From Myxococcales bacterium (GTDB lineage Bacteria; Myxococcota_A; UBA9042; JABWCM01; BTVJ01): DNA of 64,000 nucleotides. This document shows, in pieces, positions 46,949-56,118 of this stretch (position 1 is the stretch's first letter; each line of letters opens with the position of its first letter). A program made the translations under genes and the position numbers. The stretch lies in contig BTVJ01000022.1 in NCBI GenBank assembly GCA_045863395.1, positions 35,443 through 99,442 on the forward strand, written 5' to 3'. Under the pieces are notes generated by a model. It worked only from the letters and a program-made list of their open reading frames with translations, was not told the DNA's origin and did not search any database.

Positions 46949-46973
46949 CGCCTGGCCCTCACACCCCGGCGAC

Positions 46974-46987
46974 TTGACGCCGATCAA
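46974..46987. promoter_or_regulatory. FNR/Crp-family-like box
   Basis: TTGAC-GCCG-ATCAA, one mismatch to TTGAT-N4-ATCAA, ~200 bp upstream of icl. Confidence 0.4.
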
Positions 46988-47084
46988 CCCTCAGGAACCC
47001 ACCATCACCGTCCCCTGGAACAGACCACGGCCCCAGGCAACGACGCGGTGGCGGGGGCCGCTCCCCCCAATGCCGCGCCATCTC

Positions 47085-47108
47085 TCGACGCAGTGCGCCA
47101 TGCGTCGA
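47085..47108. promoter_or_regulatory. Palindromic operator candidate upstream of isocitrate lyase
   Basis: TCGACGCA-N8-TGCGTCGA perfect inverted repeat. Confidence 0.4.
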
Positions 47109-47193
47109 CAACCAGGACCTTCGTTGTTAGCATGCGCCCGAGAGTGGGCCGCTGCTGTGCGGCCCGGCAGCGATGATCGGGATGGAGGGCATC

Positions 47194-49470
47194 ATGACGG
47201 AGCCAGGGAGCACACACGAGCGGGAGTCCTTCGAGCGGGAGGTGGAGGAGACGAAGCGGTGGTTCGCCGAGCCCCGCTTCAAGGGGGTGACGCGGCTCTA
47301 CTCGGCGCGTCAGGTGGTCGAGCAGCGGGGCACCGTGCAGAGCGACTACGTCGTGGCGCGGACCGCGTCGGAGGCCTTCCACGCACGCCTGCGTGAGCTC
47401 TTCGGACGACGCGAGTCCATCACCACCTTCGGGCCCTACTCGCCCGGCCAGGCAGTGATGATGAAGCGCATCGGCATCGAGGGCATCTACCTGGGCGGCT
47501 GGGCGACCTCCGCCAAGGGCTCCACCACGGAGGACCCGGGACCGGACCTGGCCAGCTACCCGCTCAGCCAGGTCCCGGACGAGGCTGCGACCCTGGTGCG
47601 CGCGCTGCTGGCGGCCGACAAGAACCAGCGGTTCCAGCGCTCCCGGATGACCGACGAGCAGCGCGCCAACGCGCCGGCCTTCGACTTCCGCCCCTTCATC
47701 ATCGCGGACGCGGACACGGGCCACGGCGGCGAGGCCCACGTGCGAAACCTCGTGCGCCGCTTCGTGGAGGCCGGGGTCGCGGGCTACCACATCGAGGACC
47801 AGAAGCCTGGCGTCAAGAAGTGCGGACACCAGGCGGGAAAGGTGCTCGTGCCCCAGGACGAGCAGATCAAGCGCCTGAACTCGGCGCGGTTCCAGCTCGA
47901 CATCATGAAGGTGCCGGGCCTGGTGGTCGCGCGCACGGACGCGGAGGCCGCCACCTTCCTGGACAGCCGAGGCGACGAGCGGGACCACGCCTTCCTGCTC
48001 GGGGCGACCAACGTGGTGCTGCCGAGCTACAAGGTCGCGTCGCTGGCCATCCAGAAGCGCTTCTTCGACGCCGGGCTGGAGGAGGTCAACGGCCACCTGC
48101 TCTACAAGGTGTCCGACGCCGCCTACGACGCCGCCAACAAGTGGCTGAAGAAGGCGGGCATCCTCGACTTCCTGGACCAGAGCATCGCGACGTACAAGAA
48201 GCGCGGCGACAGCCTCATCGACACGCCGGTCGACATGGTCATGGACAAGCTGGTGGACGTCTGGCAGATGGAGGCGGGGCTCAAGACCTACGCCAACGCC
48301 GTGGCCGACGTCATGCGCTTCCACGTGGAGGAGGGCGCCCGCTTCGAGCTGAGCGTCGACGAGTGGCTCGACTTCGCGAGAGGGGTGTCCTTCGCCGAGG
48401 CCCGGGACCGCGCCCAGAGCATGGGCATCAAGATCATCTGGGACCCGGAGATCGCCAAGACCCCGGAGGGCTACTACCAGATCCAGGGCGGCATCGAGTA
48501 CGCCATCGCGCGCTCGCTGGCGTGCGCTCCGTTCGCCGACCTCCTGTGGATGGAGACCAAGACCGCGGACCTCCACGACGCCAAGGTGTTCGCCGAGGCC
48601 ATCCACGCCCAGTTCCCCGACGCCATGCTGGCCTACAACCTGTCGCCGTCCTTCAACTGGGACACGACGGGCATGAACGACGAGCAGATGCGCGAGTTCC
48701 CGCGGGAGCTGGGCAAGCTCGGCTACGTGTTCAACTTCATCACCTACGGCGGCCACCAGATCGACGGGCTCGCGGCGGAGGAGTTCGCCTCTGCGCTCCG
48801 GCAAGAGGGGATGCTGGCCCTGGCGCGCCTCCAGCGCAAGCTGCGGCTCCTCGACTCCCCGTACAAGACGGCGCAGACGCACGTCGGCGGGCCGCGCCTC
48901 GACGGGGCGCTCATGGCCTCCACGGGCCGCACCGCGACCACACGCGCCATGGGCAAGGGCTCGACGCAGTTCCAGCACCTCGTCCAGACGGAGGTGCCCA
49001 CCAAGGTCCTCGAGGAGTGGCTGCGCCTCTGGGCGGACACCAACGGCATCGCGGGGCGCTTCAAGGTGGAGCTGCGGCCCCACACCCCGGGGTCGGACGT
49101 GCTGGAGCTCAGCGTCCTGGACGCCGAGCGCCAGAAGGTGGCGAACGTGGTGTTCGCGTCCATCTACGACCGCCGCAACCGCAACTTCCTGTCGATCCGC
49201 GACCAGACGACCCACGCGGAGCCCCTCCGCCGGAAGCGCCTGATGACGCTGATGCACCTGTTCCTCATCCACCGCTACAAGAGCATGTCCATCCACTTCG
49301 TGACGCCCACGGAGGACAACACGCTCCAGGCGCAGCAGATGAAGCGCATGGGCATCTTCGCAGAGGTCCACGACGAGGTCGGGCAGATGATCGTGGCGAC
49401 GGTGAACGCCGAGGGCGTCGAGGCGCTGATCAAGCCGGAGGGGCTGCGGTCCCTGATCGAGAAGCGGTAG
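47194..49470 (+). CDS. aceA: Isocitrate lyase, long ICL2-type with C-terminal extension
   Basis: [19 protein letters not shown] catalytic loop, [11 protein letters not shown]; ~760 aa with C-terminal [19 protein letters not shown] domain as in mycobacterial Icl2. Confidence 0.93.
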   Translation: MTEPGSTHERESFEREVEETKRWFAEPRFKGVTRLYSARQVVEQRGTVQSDYVVARTASEAFHARLRELFGRRESITTFGPYSPGQAVMMKRIGIEGIYLGGWATSAKGSTTEDPGPDLASYPLSQVPDEAATLVRALLAADKNQRFQRSRMTDEQRANAPAFDFRPFIIADADTGHGGEAHVRNLVRRFVEAGVAGYHIEDQKPGVKKCGHQAGKVLVPQDEQIKRLNSARFQLDIMKVPGLVVARTDAEAATFLDSRGDERDHAFLLGATNVVLPSYKVASLAIQKRFFDAGLEEVNGHLLYKVSDAAYDAANKWLKKAGILDFLDQSIATYKKRGDSLIDTPVDMVMDKLVDVWQMEAGLKTYANAVADVMRFHVEEGARFELSVDEWLDFARGVSFAEARDRAQSMGIKIIWDPEIAKTPEGYYQIQGGIEYAIARSLACAPFADLLWMETKTADLHDAKVFAEAIHAQFPDAMLAYNLSPSFNWDTTGMNDEQMREFPRELGKLGYVFNFITYGGHQIDGLAAEEFASALRQEGMLALARLQRKLRLLDSPYKTAQTHVGGPRLDGALMASTGRTATTRAMGKGSTQFQHLVQTEVPTKVLEEWLRLWADTNGIAGRFKVELRPHTPGSDVLELSVLDAERQKVANVVFASIYDRRNRNFLSIRDQTTHAEPLRRKRLMTLMHLFLIHRYKSMSIHFVTPTEDNTLQAQQMKRMGIFAEVHDEVGQMIVATVNAEGVEALIKPEGLRSLIEKR

Positions 49471-49472
49471 GG

Positions 49473-51152
49473 TCAGGCGTCCTCGGGGGCGCCCACCCAG
49501 TGGGCCCCCCTCCCCTCCAGGAACGCGCGCACCTCGGCGCGCTGCACGTGCATCATCGCCAGGATCAGGTCGCCGGGCTCGGAGTGCGCAAGGGCCGCAG
49601 CCAGCGACTCCGCCTCGGAGCCTGCCCGCTCGATGTCGGTGGGAGCGACGCCGAGACCCCGCAAGAACCCGTCGAGCAGGTCAGGCACCTCCCACAGCTC
49701 CCGACCCCGCAGATGGTCGGGCATGGGGCGCAGCACGAAGCGCGAGACGCCTCCGGCCACCAGCGTGCGCGCCAGCTCGCGCAGTGCGTCGTCGCTGCGA
49801 TCCCCCGCCTGCCCGATCAGCGCGACGCGACGACCGGTGGGCTGCCACTCACGCGCGAACTGCAGGAGCGCCGCCACCCCGTGGGGGTTGTGCCCGAAGT
49901 CGAGCAGCACGGTCACCCCGCCGACCACTGCCACGTTCTGGCGGCCCGGGCTGTCGTCGGCGGTGGTGTGGAGGCTCGCGAGGCCCTCGGCGATGTGGGG
50001 AACGGAGACGCCCAAGCCCAGAGCAGCGGCGGCGGCGGCCAGGGCGTTCTCCACGTTGAACCGCGCGGCCCCACCCCAGGTCACCGGGACCGCGTCCAGC
50101 GCCACGATGGGGGTCTCCGCCGAGCCGCCCGTGATTGCCCCCACCCCGACGATCCACCCGTCGCGGACGGTGACCGCCATGTCGTCCACCCCGCGGGCTG
50201 CGAGCGCGAGGGCGGGCGTGGGAGAGAACCACGCGACGGGTCCCGTCAATCGCAGCCCGCGCAGGTGGGGGTCCTCGGCGTTGAGCACCACCCACCCGGT
50301 GGGGGGCACCACGGAGGCGACCGCGCCCTTGACCCGCGCGAGCTCCGCCAGGTCGTGGACCCCCCACTCCCCCAGGTGATCCTCCGCCACGTTGGTGATC
50401 ACCGCGACGTCTGCCCGGCTCACGGCGAGGCCCCGGCGCAAGAGCCCCCCGCGCGCAGTCTCCAGGACCGCCGCCTCCACCGCCGGATCACGCAGGATTC
50501 GCCGCGCCGCCCCGGGGCCCGTCCAATCGCCCCGCTCCACCACCACCCCACCGATGCGGATGTCGTCGGTGGTGCAGCTCCCCACGCTGAGCCCGCTCGC
50601 CGCCACGCACCGCGCGAGCAGCCGCGTGGTGGTGCTCTTGCCGTTGGTGCCGGTCACCAGCGCCACCGGGACGCGGCGCCGCTCCTCCCACTCCACCTCG
50701 GCAGGGTCCGGCAGCGCGGCCCGAGGCCACACACGCGCGTGGACACCGAGCCCCAGCGAGAGCGCGTCGTCGTCCACCAGCGCCTCCACCCCTCGACGGG
50801 CGGCCTCATCGAGCAGCGCCCGCAGCGCGGGGTCCGCCTCGGCGTCCACCGCCGCCCGCAGCCGCCCCAGCTCGAGCGCCTCCCCAGACGCCGCCCACTC
50901 GTTGATCTCGGTGGACGCGAGCAGCCGGTCCCACGGGGCGCGGAACCCGAGAGTGGCGCCCCCCGCCACCCGCCGCACGAGCCAGCCCGTCACGGTCACG
51001 CCCAAGGCCGCGTGGGCCTCCTCCACCCGCACACGCCAGCGGGCAATCGCTTCTTCAGGGTCCTCGGCGTCCCACACCGCCTCCAGCGCCGCGCCGGGCC
51101 CGTCGAGCAGCGGCCCGGGCCCCGTGAGGCGCCGCGACTCGCTGACCCGCAT
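49473..51152 (-). CDS. CphA-like Mur-ligase protein lacking the ATP-grasp domain
   Basis: TGTNGKSTT P-loop, AVLETARGGLLRRG, NVAEDHLG, FNVENA, DFGHNP. ATG overlaps the cphA stop (TGATG). Confidence 0.88.
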   Translation of the reverse strand: MRVSESRRLTGPGPLLDGPGAALEAVWDAEDPEEAIARWRVRVEEAHAALGVTVTGWLVRRVAGGATLGFRAPWDRLLASTEINEWAASGEALELGRLRAAVDAEADPALRALLDEAARRGVEALVDDDALSLGLGVHARVWPRAALPDPAEVEWEERRRVPVALVTGTNGKSTTTRLLARCVAASGLSVGSCTTDDIRIGGVVVERGDWTGPGAARRILRDPAVEAAVLETARGGLLRRGLAVSRADVAVITNVAEDHLGEWGVHDLAELARVKGAVASVVPPTGWVVLNAEDPHLRGLRLTGPVAWFSPTPALALAARGVDDMAVTVRDGWIVGVGAITGGSAETPIVALDAVPVTWGGAARFNVENALAAAAAALGLGVSVPHIAEGLASLHTTADDSPGRQNVAVVGGVTVLLDFGHNPHGVAALLQFAREWQPTGRRVALIGQAGDRSDDALRELARTLVAGGVSRFVLRPMPDHLRGRELWEVPDLLDGFLRGLGVAPTDIERAGSEAESLAAALAHSEPGDLILAMMHVQRAEVRAFLEGRGAHWVGAPEDA

Positions 51153-53929
51153 CAGTCGTCGCTCTCGCGAGACAGCCGCACGCCCCGCTCATCGACCACC
51201 ACCGCCTGGCCCTCGGTGTCCGGCGCGTCGATGAAGCGCTCCACCTCCGCTCGCAGCACCTCGGGCGCCACCGGCGCGTCGCCTCCGGGACGGAACCGGA
51301 TGATCTGCTTCCAACACCGCGTGATCTGGTCGCCGAAGATCAGCAGGAGATCGCCCGCCACCGCCCTGTGCAGCGCCGCATCCACGGCCTCCACCTCGCC
51401 GGGGATCACCTCGATGCGCTCCGGCGGGACCCCCCGCGAGACCAGCGCGTCCCGCAGCATCAGCGGCACCTCGTCGTGCTCGCGCCCTCTCGCGCGATCA
51501 TCCCTGTGGCACACGTAGTGGTCGAAGTGGCCGGCAGCCTCCCCGGCAATGTTGACGATGTCCTGGTCACGACGGTCCCCAGGGGCCCCGAGCACGACGA
51601 TGCGCCGCCCCCGCACGTCCAGCGCGTCGCTGAGCTGCACCATGGCGCGCACCGCCGCCGGGTTGTGCCCATAGTCCAGGATGACGCGGAACGGGTGCTG
51701 GTCGTAGATGTTGAGGCGCCCGGGCGCCTGGAAGAAGCTCGTGTCGAAGGTGCGGAGCCCCGCGCGGACGTCGTCGAGCCTCACGCCCATCGCGACCGCC
51801 ATGCCGGCGGCGAACATGGCGTTCTGCACGTTGTGCAGCGCCTTGCCCTCCAGGGTGGCGGGAATCAGGTGCGTCCACAGGAGCGGCATCTGGGCCCCCC
51901 CGTGGTAGAGGGTGATCATGTGCCCGTTGATGCCGGCCTCCAGCACCACCGCGCCGCCCCCAGCCTGGATGTGCGCGCGCACGAGGTTGTGGACCGGCGA
52001 CAGGGTCACGTACCAGATGCTCGAGGCGCTCGTGTGGTCCGCCATGCGCAGGCAGTGGGGGTCGTCGGCGTTCAGGAAGGCGGCGTCCTTGGCCACCTCC
52101 ACGACGATTCGTTTCACCTCGGCGAGCTGCTCCAGCGTGTCGATGCCGCGCAGCCCCAGGTGGTCCTCGGCGATGTTGAGCACCGCGCCCACGTTGCACC
52201 GACGATACCCCATGCCAGCCCGCAGGAGGCCGCCCCGCGCCGTCTCCAGAACGGCCGTGTCCACCGTCGGATCGCGCAGCACCATGCGCGCCGCTTGAGG
52301 GCCCGTCAGGTCGCCGTCCACCTGCTTGCGCCCGTCGATGTAGACCCCGTCGGTGGTCGCCAGCCCCACCGTCCGCCCCGCCATCTTGTGGATGTGGGCC
52401 AGCATCCGCGCCGTGGTGGTCTTGCCGTTGGTCCCGGTGATCGCCGCGATGGGGATCCGCGACGGCGCACCCTTCGGGAAGAGCATGTCCATGACGGGGC
52501 CCGCCACGTCGCGGGGCGTGCCCTCGGTCGGAGCCACGTGCATGCGGAAGCCCGGGGCCGCATTGATCTCGCAGATGCCACCGCCCGCGTCCTTCCACGA
52601 GCGCGAGATGTCCGGCGTCAGGAAGTCCACCCCGGCCACGTCGAGGCCGATGGCCGCGACCGCCCGCACCGCCATCTCCCGGTTGTCGGGGTGTACGGAG
52701 TCGGTCACGTCGATGGCCGTCCCGCCGGTCGACAGGTTGCCCGTGGACCGGAGGTAGAGCACCCGCCCCTCCTCGAGCACCGAGTCGAGGCTGACACCGG
52801 CCTGCAGCATCAGCCGCTCCGCCTGGTGGTCCACCTCGATGCGCGTCAGGATCTTCTCGTGGCCGATGCCCCGGTTGGGGTCGGCGTTGACGAGGTCGAT
52901 GAGCTGGCCCACCGTGTGCTGCCCGTCGCCCCGCACGTGCCCTGGCACCCGCTTCGCCACTGCGATCAGCTCTCCGTTGACCACCAGCATCCGGTGGTCG
53001 TCCCCGGCCAGGTACGTCTCCACGATGATGGTCCGGGCGTGCTCCCGCGCCTGCGCGAAGCCGTGGCGCACCGCCTCGTCGTCCGTCAGGTTGATGCCCA
53101 CGCCGCGCCCGTGGTTGGCGTCGAGGGGCTTGACCACCACGGGGTAGCCGAGGCCACGTGCCGCGCGCACGGCCTCCTCGGGAGTGCGCACCAGACGCTG
53201 GCGTGGCACGGGAAGACCCAGGTCACCCAGGATCCGATTCGTCTCCTCCTTGTCCGACGCGATCTGCACGGCGATGTGCGTCGTCTCGCTGGTGACCGTC
53301 GCCTGGATGCGCCGCTGGTACTTGCCGTGCCCGAGCTGCACGAGGCTGTAGTCGTTGAGCCGCAGCCAGGGGATGTCCCGCGCCTGCGCGGCGCGCACCA
53401 GGGACATGGTGGACGGGCCGAGCGCCCGCCGCTGGGTGAGGCGGATGAAGTCGTCCAGCTCCTCCTGGAAGGGGAGCTCCACCTCCGCCCCGGGGATCTG
53501 CGCGCGCAGCTCACCGGGCAGCAGGCTCAGGATCAGCCACTTCGCCAGCTTGCCGGCCTGCTCGCCGCAGCGCGCCTCCTCGTACTCGTAGATCACGTTG
53601 TAGCGCCCGGGCTCGCCCGTCCCCCGGGTCTTCCCGAACGTCACCGACGCCCCGGCCAGGTTCTGGAGCTCGATGGCCACGTGCTCCAGCACGTGCCCGA
53701 GCCAGGTGCCCTCCCCCTCGGTCATCCGCCGCACGAAGCCGCCAGGCTCCCCATAGGAGCACCCGTGCTGCCGCAGCGTGGGCACCGCGGCGAGCAGGCG
53801 ATCCACGAAGCCGCCGAGGCGCCCCGTCGGCCAGTCCTCGAGGACGCCGAGGTCCACGACGAGCTGCATCACCGGGAAGTGGGCCCACAGGCTGGGCCCC
53901 ACGAACGTACGAGACTCCAGGACCTTCAT
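51152..53929 (-). CDS. cphA: Cyanophycin synthetase CphA1
   Basis: N domain HGCSYGEPGGF...GHVLEH; ATP-grasp VVKPLDANHGRG...NLSTGG...EINAAPG; Mur domain TGTNGKTT, ETARGG, DYGHNP; 925 aa. Confidence 0.96.
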   Translation of the reverse strand: MKVLESRTFVGPSLWAHFPVMQLVVDLGVLEDWPTGRLGGFVDRLLAAVPTLRQHGCSYGEPGGFVRRMTEGEGTWLGHVLEHVAIELQNLAGASVTFGKTRGTGEPGRYNVIYEYEEARCGEQAGKLAKWLILSLLPGELRAQIPGAEVELPFQEELDDFIRLTQRRALGPSTMSLVRAAQARDIPWLRLNDYSLVQLGHGKYQRRIQATVTSETTHIAVQIASDKEETNRILGDLGLPVPRQRLVRTPEEAVRAARGLGYPVVVKPLDANHGRGVGINLTDDEAVRHGFAQAREHARTIIVETYLAGDDHRMLVVNGELIAVAKRVPGHVRGDGQHTVGQLIDLVNADPNRGIGHEKILTRIEVDHQAERLMLQAGVSLDSVLEEGRVLYLRSTGNLSTGGTAIDVTDSVHPDNREMAVRAVAAIGLDVAGVDFLTPDISRSWKDAGGGICEINAAPGFRMHVAPTEGTPRDVAGPVMDMLFPKGAPSRIPIAAITGTNGKTTTARMLAHIHKMAGRTVGLATTDGVYIDGRKQVDGDLTGPQAARMVLRDPTVDTAVLETARGGLLRAGMGYRRCNVGAVLNIAEDHLGLRGIDTLEQLAEVKRIVVEVAKDAAFLNADDPHCLRMADHTSASSIWYVTLSPVHNLVRAHIQAGGGAVVLEAGINGHMITLYHGGAQMPLLWTHLIPATLEGKALHNVQNAMFAAGMAVAMGVRLDDVRAGLRTFDTSFFQAPGRLNIYDQHPFRVILDYGHNPAAVRAMVQLSDALDVRGRRIVVLGAPGDRRDQDIVNIAGEAAGHFDHYVCHRDDRARGREHDEVPLMLRDALVSRGVPPERIEVIPGEVEAVDAALHRAVAGDLLLIFGDQITRCWKQIIRFRPGGDAPVAPEVLRAEVERFIDAPDTEGQAVVVDERGVRLSRESDD

Positions 53930-53961
53930 CCGTCGACTCCCATCGGCTCACGCGGGAAGCG

Positions 53962-54801
53962 TCACGCCGGCTCACGGGGTGGTGGTGGACTCGCCTTGCG
54001 GCGGTGCAGATCATACACGGCTCCGTCGACGAGCACATGCAGCTTGACGTTGGTGATGCACACGGGCTTGCCGGCCTCGATGAGGCCCATGGACGAGTGC
54101 TCGATGGCCGAGCCGTCCACGACCGTCACGGCGCCGGAGCCGACCACCTCCAGGCAGTCGTCGGGGCCGATGAAGGCGGCGGTGTCCTCGTCGAGCCCGA
54201 GGCCGACCATGAACGGGTTGTAGGAGATCGCGGTCAGGAGCCGCCCGATGCGGTCGCGCTGCCGGAAGTGCTGGTCGACCACGACCCGGTTGGTCAGCCC
54301 CAGGCCTGGCGCCAGGGTCACCATGCCCACGTGGGGAGTGGCGCCGCCCTTGCCGCCCGCGATCATGTGCTCCGAGACGAAGCCCGCTCCTGCGGACGTC
54401 CCCGCGATGGGCACGCCACGGGCGTTGAGCCGCCGCAGGGCCCGCGCGGCGTCCGTCCCGCCCAGGATGGTGCTCAGCCGGAGCTGGTTGCCCCCCGACA
54501 GGAACACCCCGGTCGCCTCGTCGAGGCGCCCCACCAGCGCCTCGGCGGAGGCGTCGGCCCGCGCCTCGAACGGCACCGAGCGCGCCTCCCTGACGCCGAG
54601 GTCCAGGAACACCCGCTCGTAGCGCTCGCCGGTGTCCGCCTGCTCCGACGCCGTGGGGATGATCGCGACCCGCGCGGCGGCTCCTCCGCACAGCTCCACG
54701 AACCGCTGCAGGATGCGCGAGTCGGGCGTCCGCCGCTCGGCACCGCCCACCGGGATGATGAACCCGCGGGTGTGGCCCTGCGGGATGGGAGCCGGGCTCA
54801 T
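53962..54801 (-). CDS. cphB: Cyanophycinase (S51 peptidase)
   Basis: GGAE, IIPTAS, GGNQLRL, GTSAGA nucleophile, DQHF, GLDEDT. Confidence 0.95.
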   Translation of the reverse strand: MSPAPIPQGHTRGFIIPVGGAERRTPDSRILQRFVELCGGAAARVAIIPTASEQADTGERYERVFLDLGVREARSVPFEARADASAEALVGRLDEATGVFLSGGNQLRLSTILGGTDAARALRRLNARGVPIAGTSAGAGFVSEHMIAGGKGGATPHVGMVTLAPGLGLTNRVVVDQHFRQRDRIGRLLTAISYNPFMVGLGLDEDTAAFIGPDDCLEVVGSGAVTVVDGSAIEHSSMGLIEAGKPVCITNVKLHVLVDGAVYDLHRRKASPPPPREPA

Positions 54802-55967
54802 GGCGTGTCTCTCCCTTCGAACGGTCCGACGACGACCGCGTTCCCCTCACGCACGAGCCAGCGTCCGCGCGCCATCACCCAGGAGGCTGCGCCCGCGCTG
54901 TCCAGCGCCACGAGATCCGCGTCGAAGCCGAGGGCGATGCGCCCCTTGCGCGGCAAGCGCAGCGCATCGGCGACATTGCACGTGAAGGGCGGCAGCGCGC
55001 GGTGGAGGTCGACACCGCGCTCCAGGAGCTCGCGCAGCGCCCGCAGCAGCGCTGCGCTGCGGCCCACGTCCATGTGGGTCACGCGGCCGTCGGGACCGAA
55101 TGTGGGGATGCAGCCCCCTCCGTCAGAGCTGCACGTGATGCGCTCCGGCGGAAGCCCAAGGCCCAGATGCTCCGCGATGGCGTCAGCCGCAGAGACCCCG
55201 TCGTCCTCGCCGTCATAGGCCGTGACGTCGACGGTGACTCCTCGCGACGCCAGCTCCTGGGCCTCGGTGAGCAGCCTCCGCTGGCGGTTCACGTGGGTCG
55301 GGTGAAACACGCGCGGTGGAAGCTCGGTCTCGTCCAAGGCGCGGCGCACCAGCGACAGGCCCCGCGGCCCGTCCCCGAGATGCAGGTGCAGCACACCGGC
55401 CTTCCCGGTCATCAGGCCGCCGACGTGGGCGTCGGCGGCGAGGCGCACCAGCTCGTCAAACGTGGGCTGCGAGCTCCGTTGGTCGCTCAGCGCCACCTCG
55501 CCGACGCCGATCACCGGCTCGATGAAGGCGATGTCGTCCCGCACGGCCCCCGTCAGGGTGACGGGCGGCACTTGGTAGGACCCCGTCCAGCACCAGGCGG
55601 AGAGCCCCTCTTCCCGAAGACCGTAGGTGCGCGCAACGAGCTCCCGCATGGTGCGCGTCGTGCCGTCGGTGCCCAGCAGGCCCACGACGGAGGTCACCCC
55701 GGCGCGGGCGATGGTGGACATCCCGAGGGGCGGGACGCGCGTAGACGGGCCGGCCTCGCCTCCGCCGCCGGTCACGTGCACGTGGGCGTCGACCAGGCCG
55801 GGGATCACGCGCGCCCCCTGCAGATCGACCACGTCGCAGGGCCAGCCGCCGGGGGGCTCGGGCAAGCTCGGGGCGAGGGCCGCGACCCGCCCGCCGGCGA
55901 CGAGGAGGTCACAGACCCCGGCCGGCGCGGGCGTGAACACATCGACGTTCCGCAGGAGCGTAAGCAT
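54798..55967 (-). CDS. iadA: Isoaspartyl dipeptidase (beta-aspartyl peptidase, amidohydrolase family)
   Basis: DAHVHVTGGGGE, GLLGTDG, ALSDQRSSQP, HLHLGDG, PTHVNR, SSDGGG. Start at MLTLLRN; stop overlaps the cphB start (ATGA). Confidence 0.93.
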   Translation of the reverse strand: MLTLLRNVDVFTPAPAGVCDLLVAGGRVAALAPSLPEPPGGWPCDVVDLQGARVIPGLVDAHVHVTGGGGEAGPSTRVPPLGMSTIARAGVTSVVGLLGTDGTTRTMRELVARTYGLREEGLSAWCWTGSYQVPPVTLTGAVRDDIAFIEPVIGVGEVALSDQRSSQPTFDELVRLAADAHVGGLMTGKAGVLHLHLGDGPRGLSLVRRALDETELPPRVFHPTHVNRQRRLLTEAQELASRGVTVDVTAYDGEDDGVSAADAIAEHLGLGLPPERITCSSDGGGCIPTFGPDGRVTHMDVGRSAALLRALRELLERGVDLHRALPPFTCNVADALRLPRKGRIALGFDADLVALDSAGAASWVMARGRWLVREGNAVVVGPFEGRDTP

Positions 55968-56118
55968 GGCGCGCTCTTTACCAGCGACGGGGTCAAGCCG
56001 CAAGGGCCGCGAGGGGTGTAAAGGAGACCGCCGCCTCCGCTTCAGTGAACGGGGGCCGCTGGTGGCGGCGCTGCACCACGCTCGGCAGACGCGGTCGGAC
56101 CCAGCGACCTCGCCCGGA

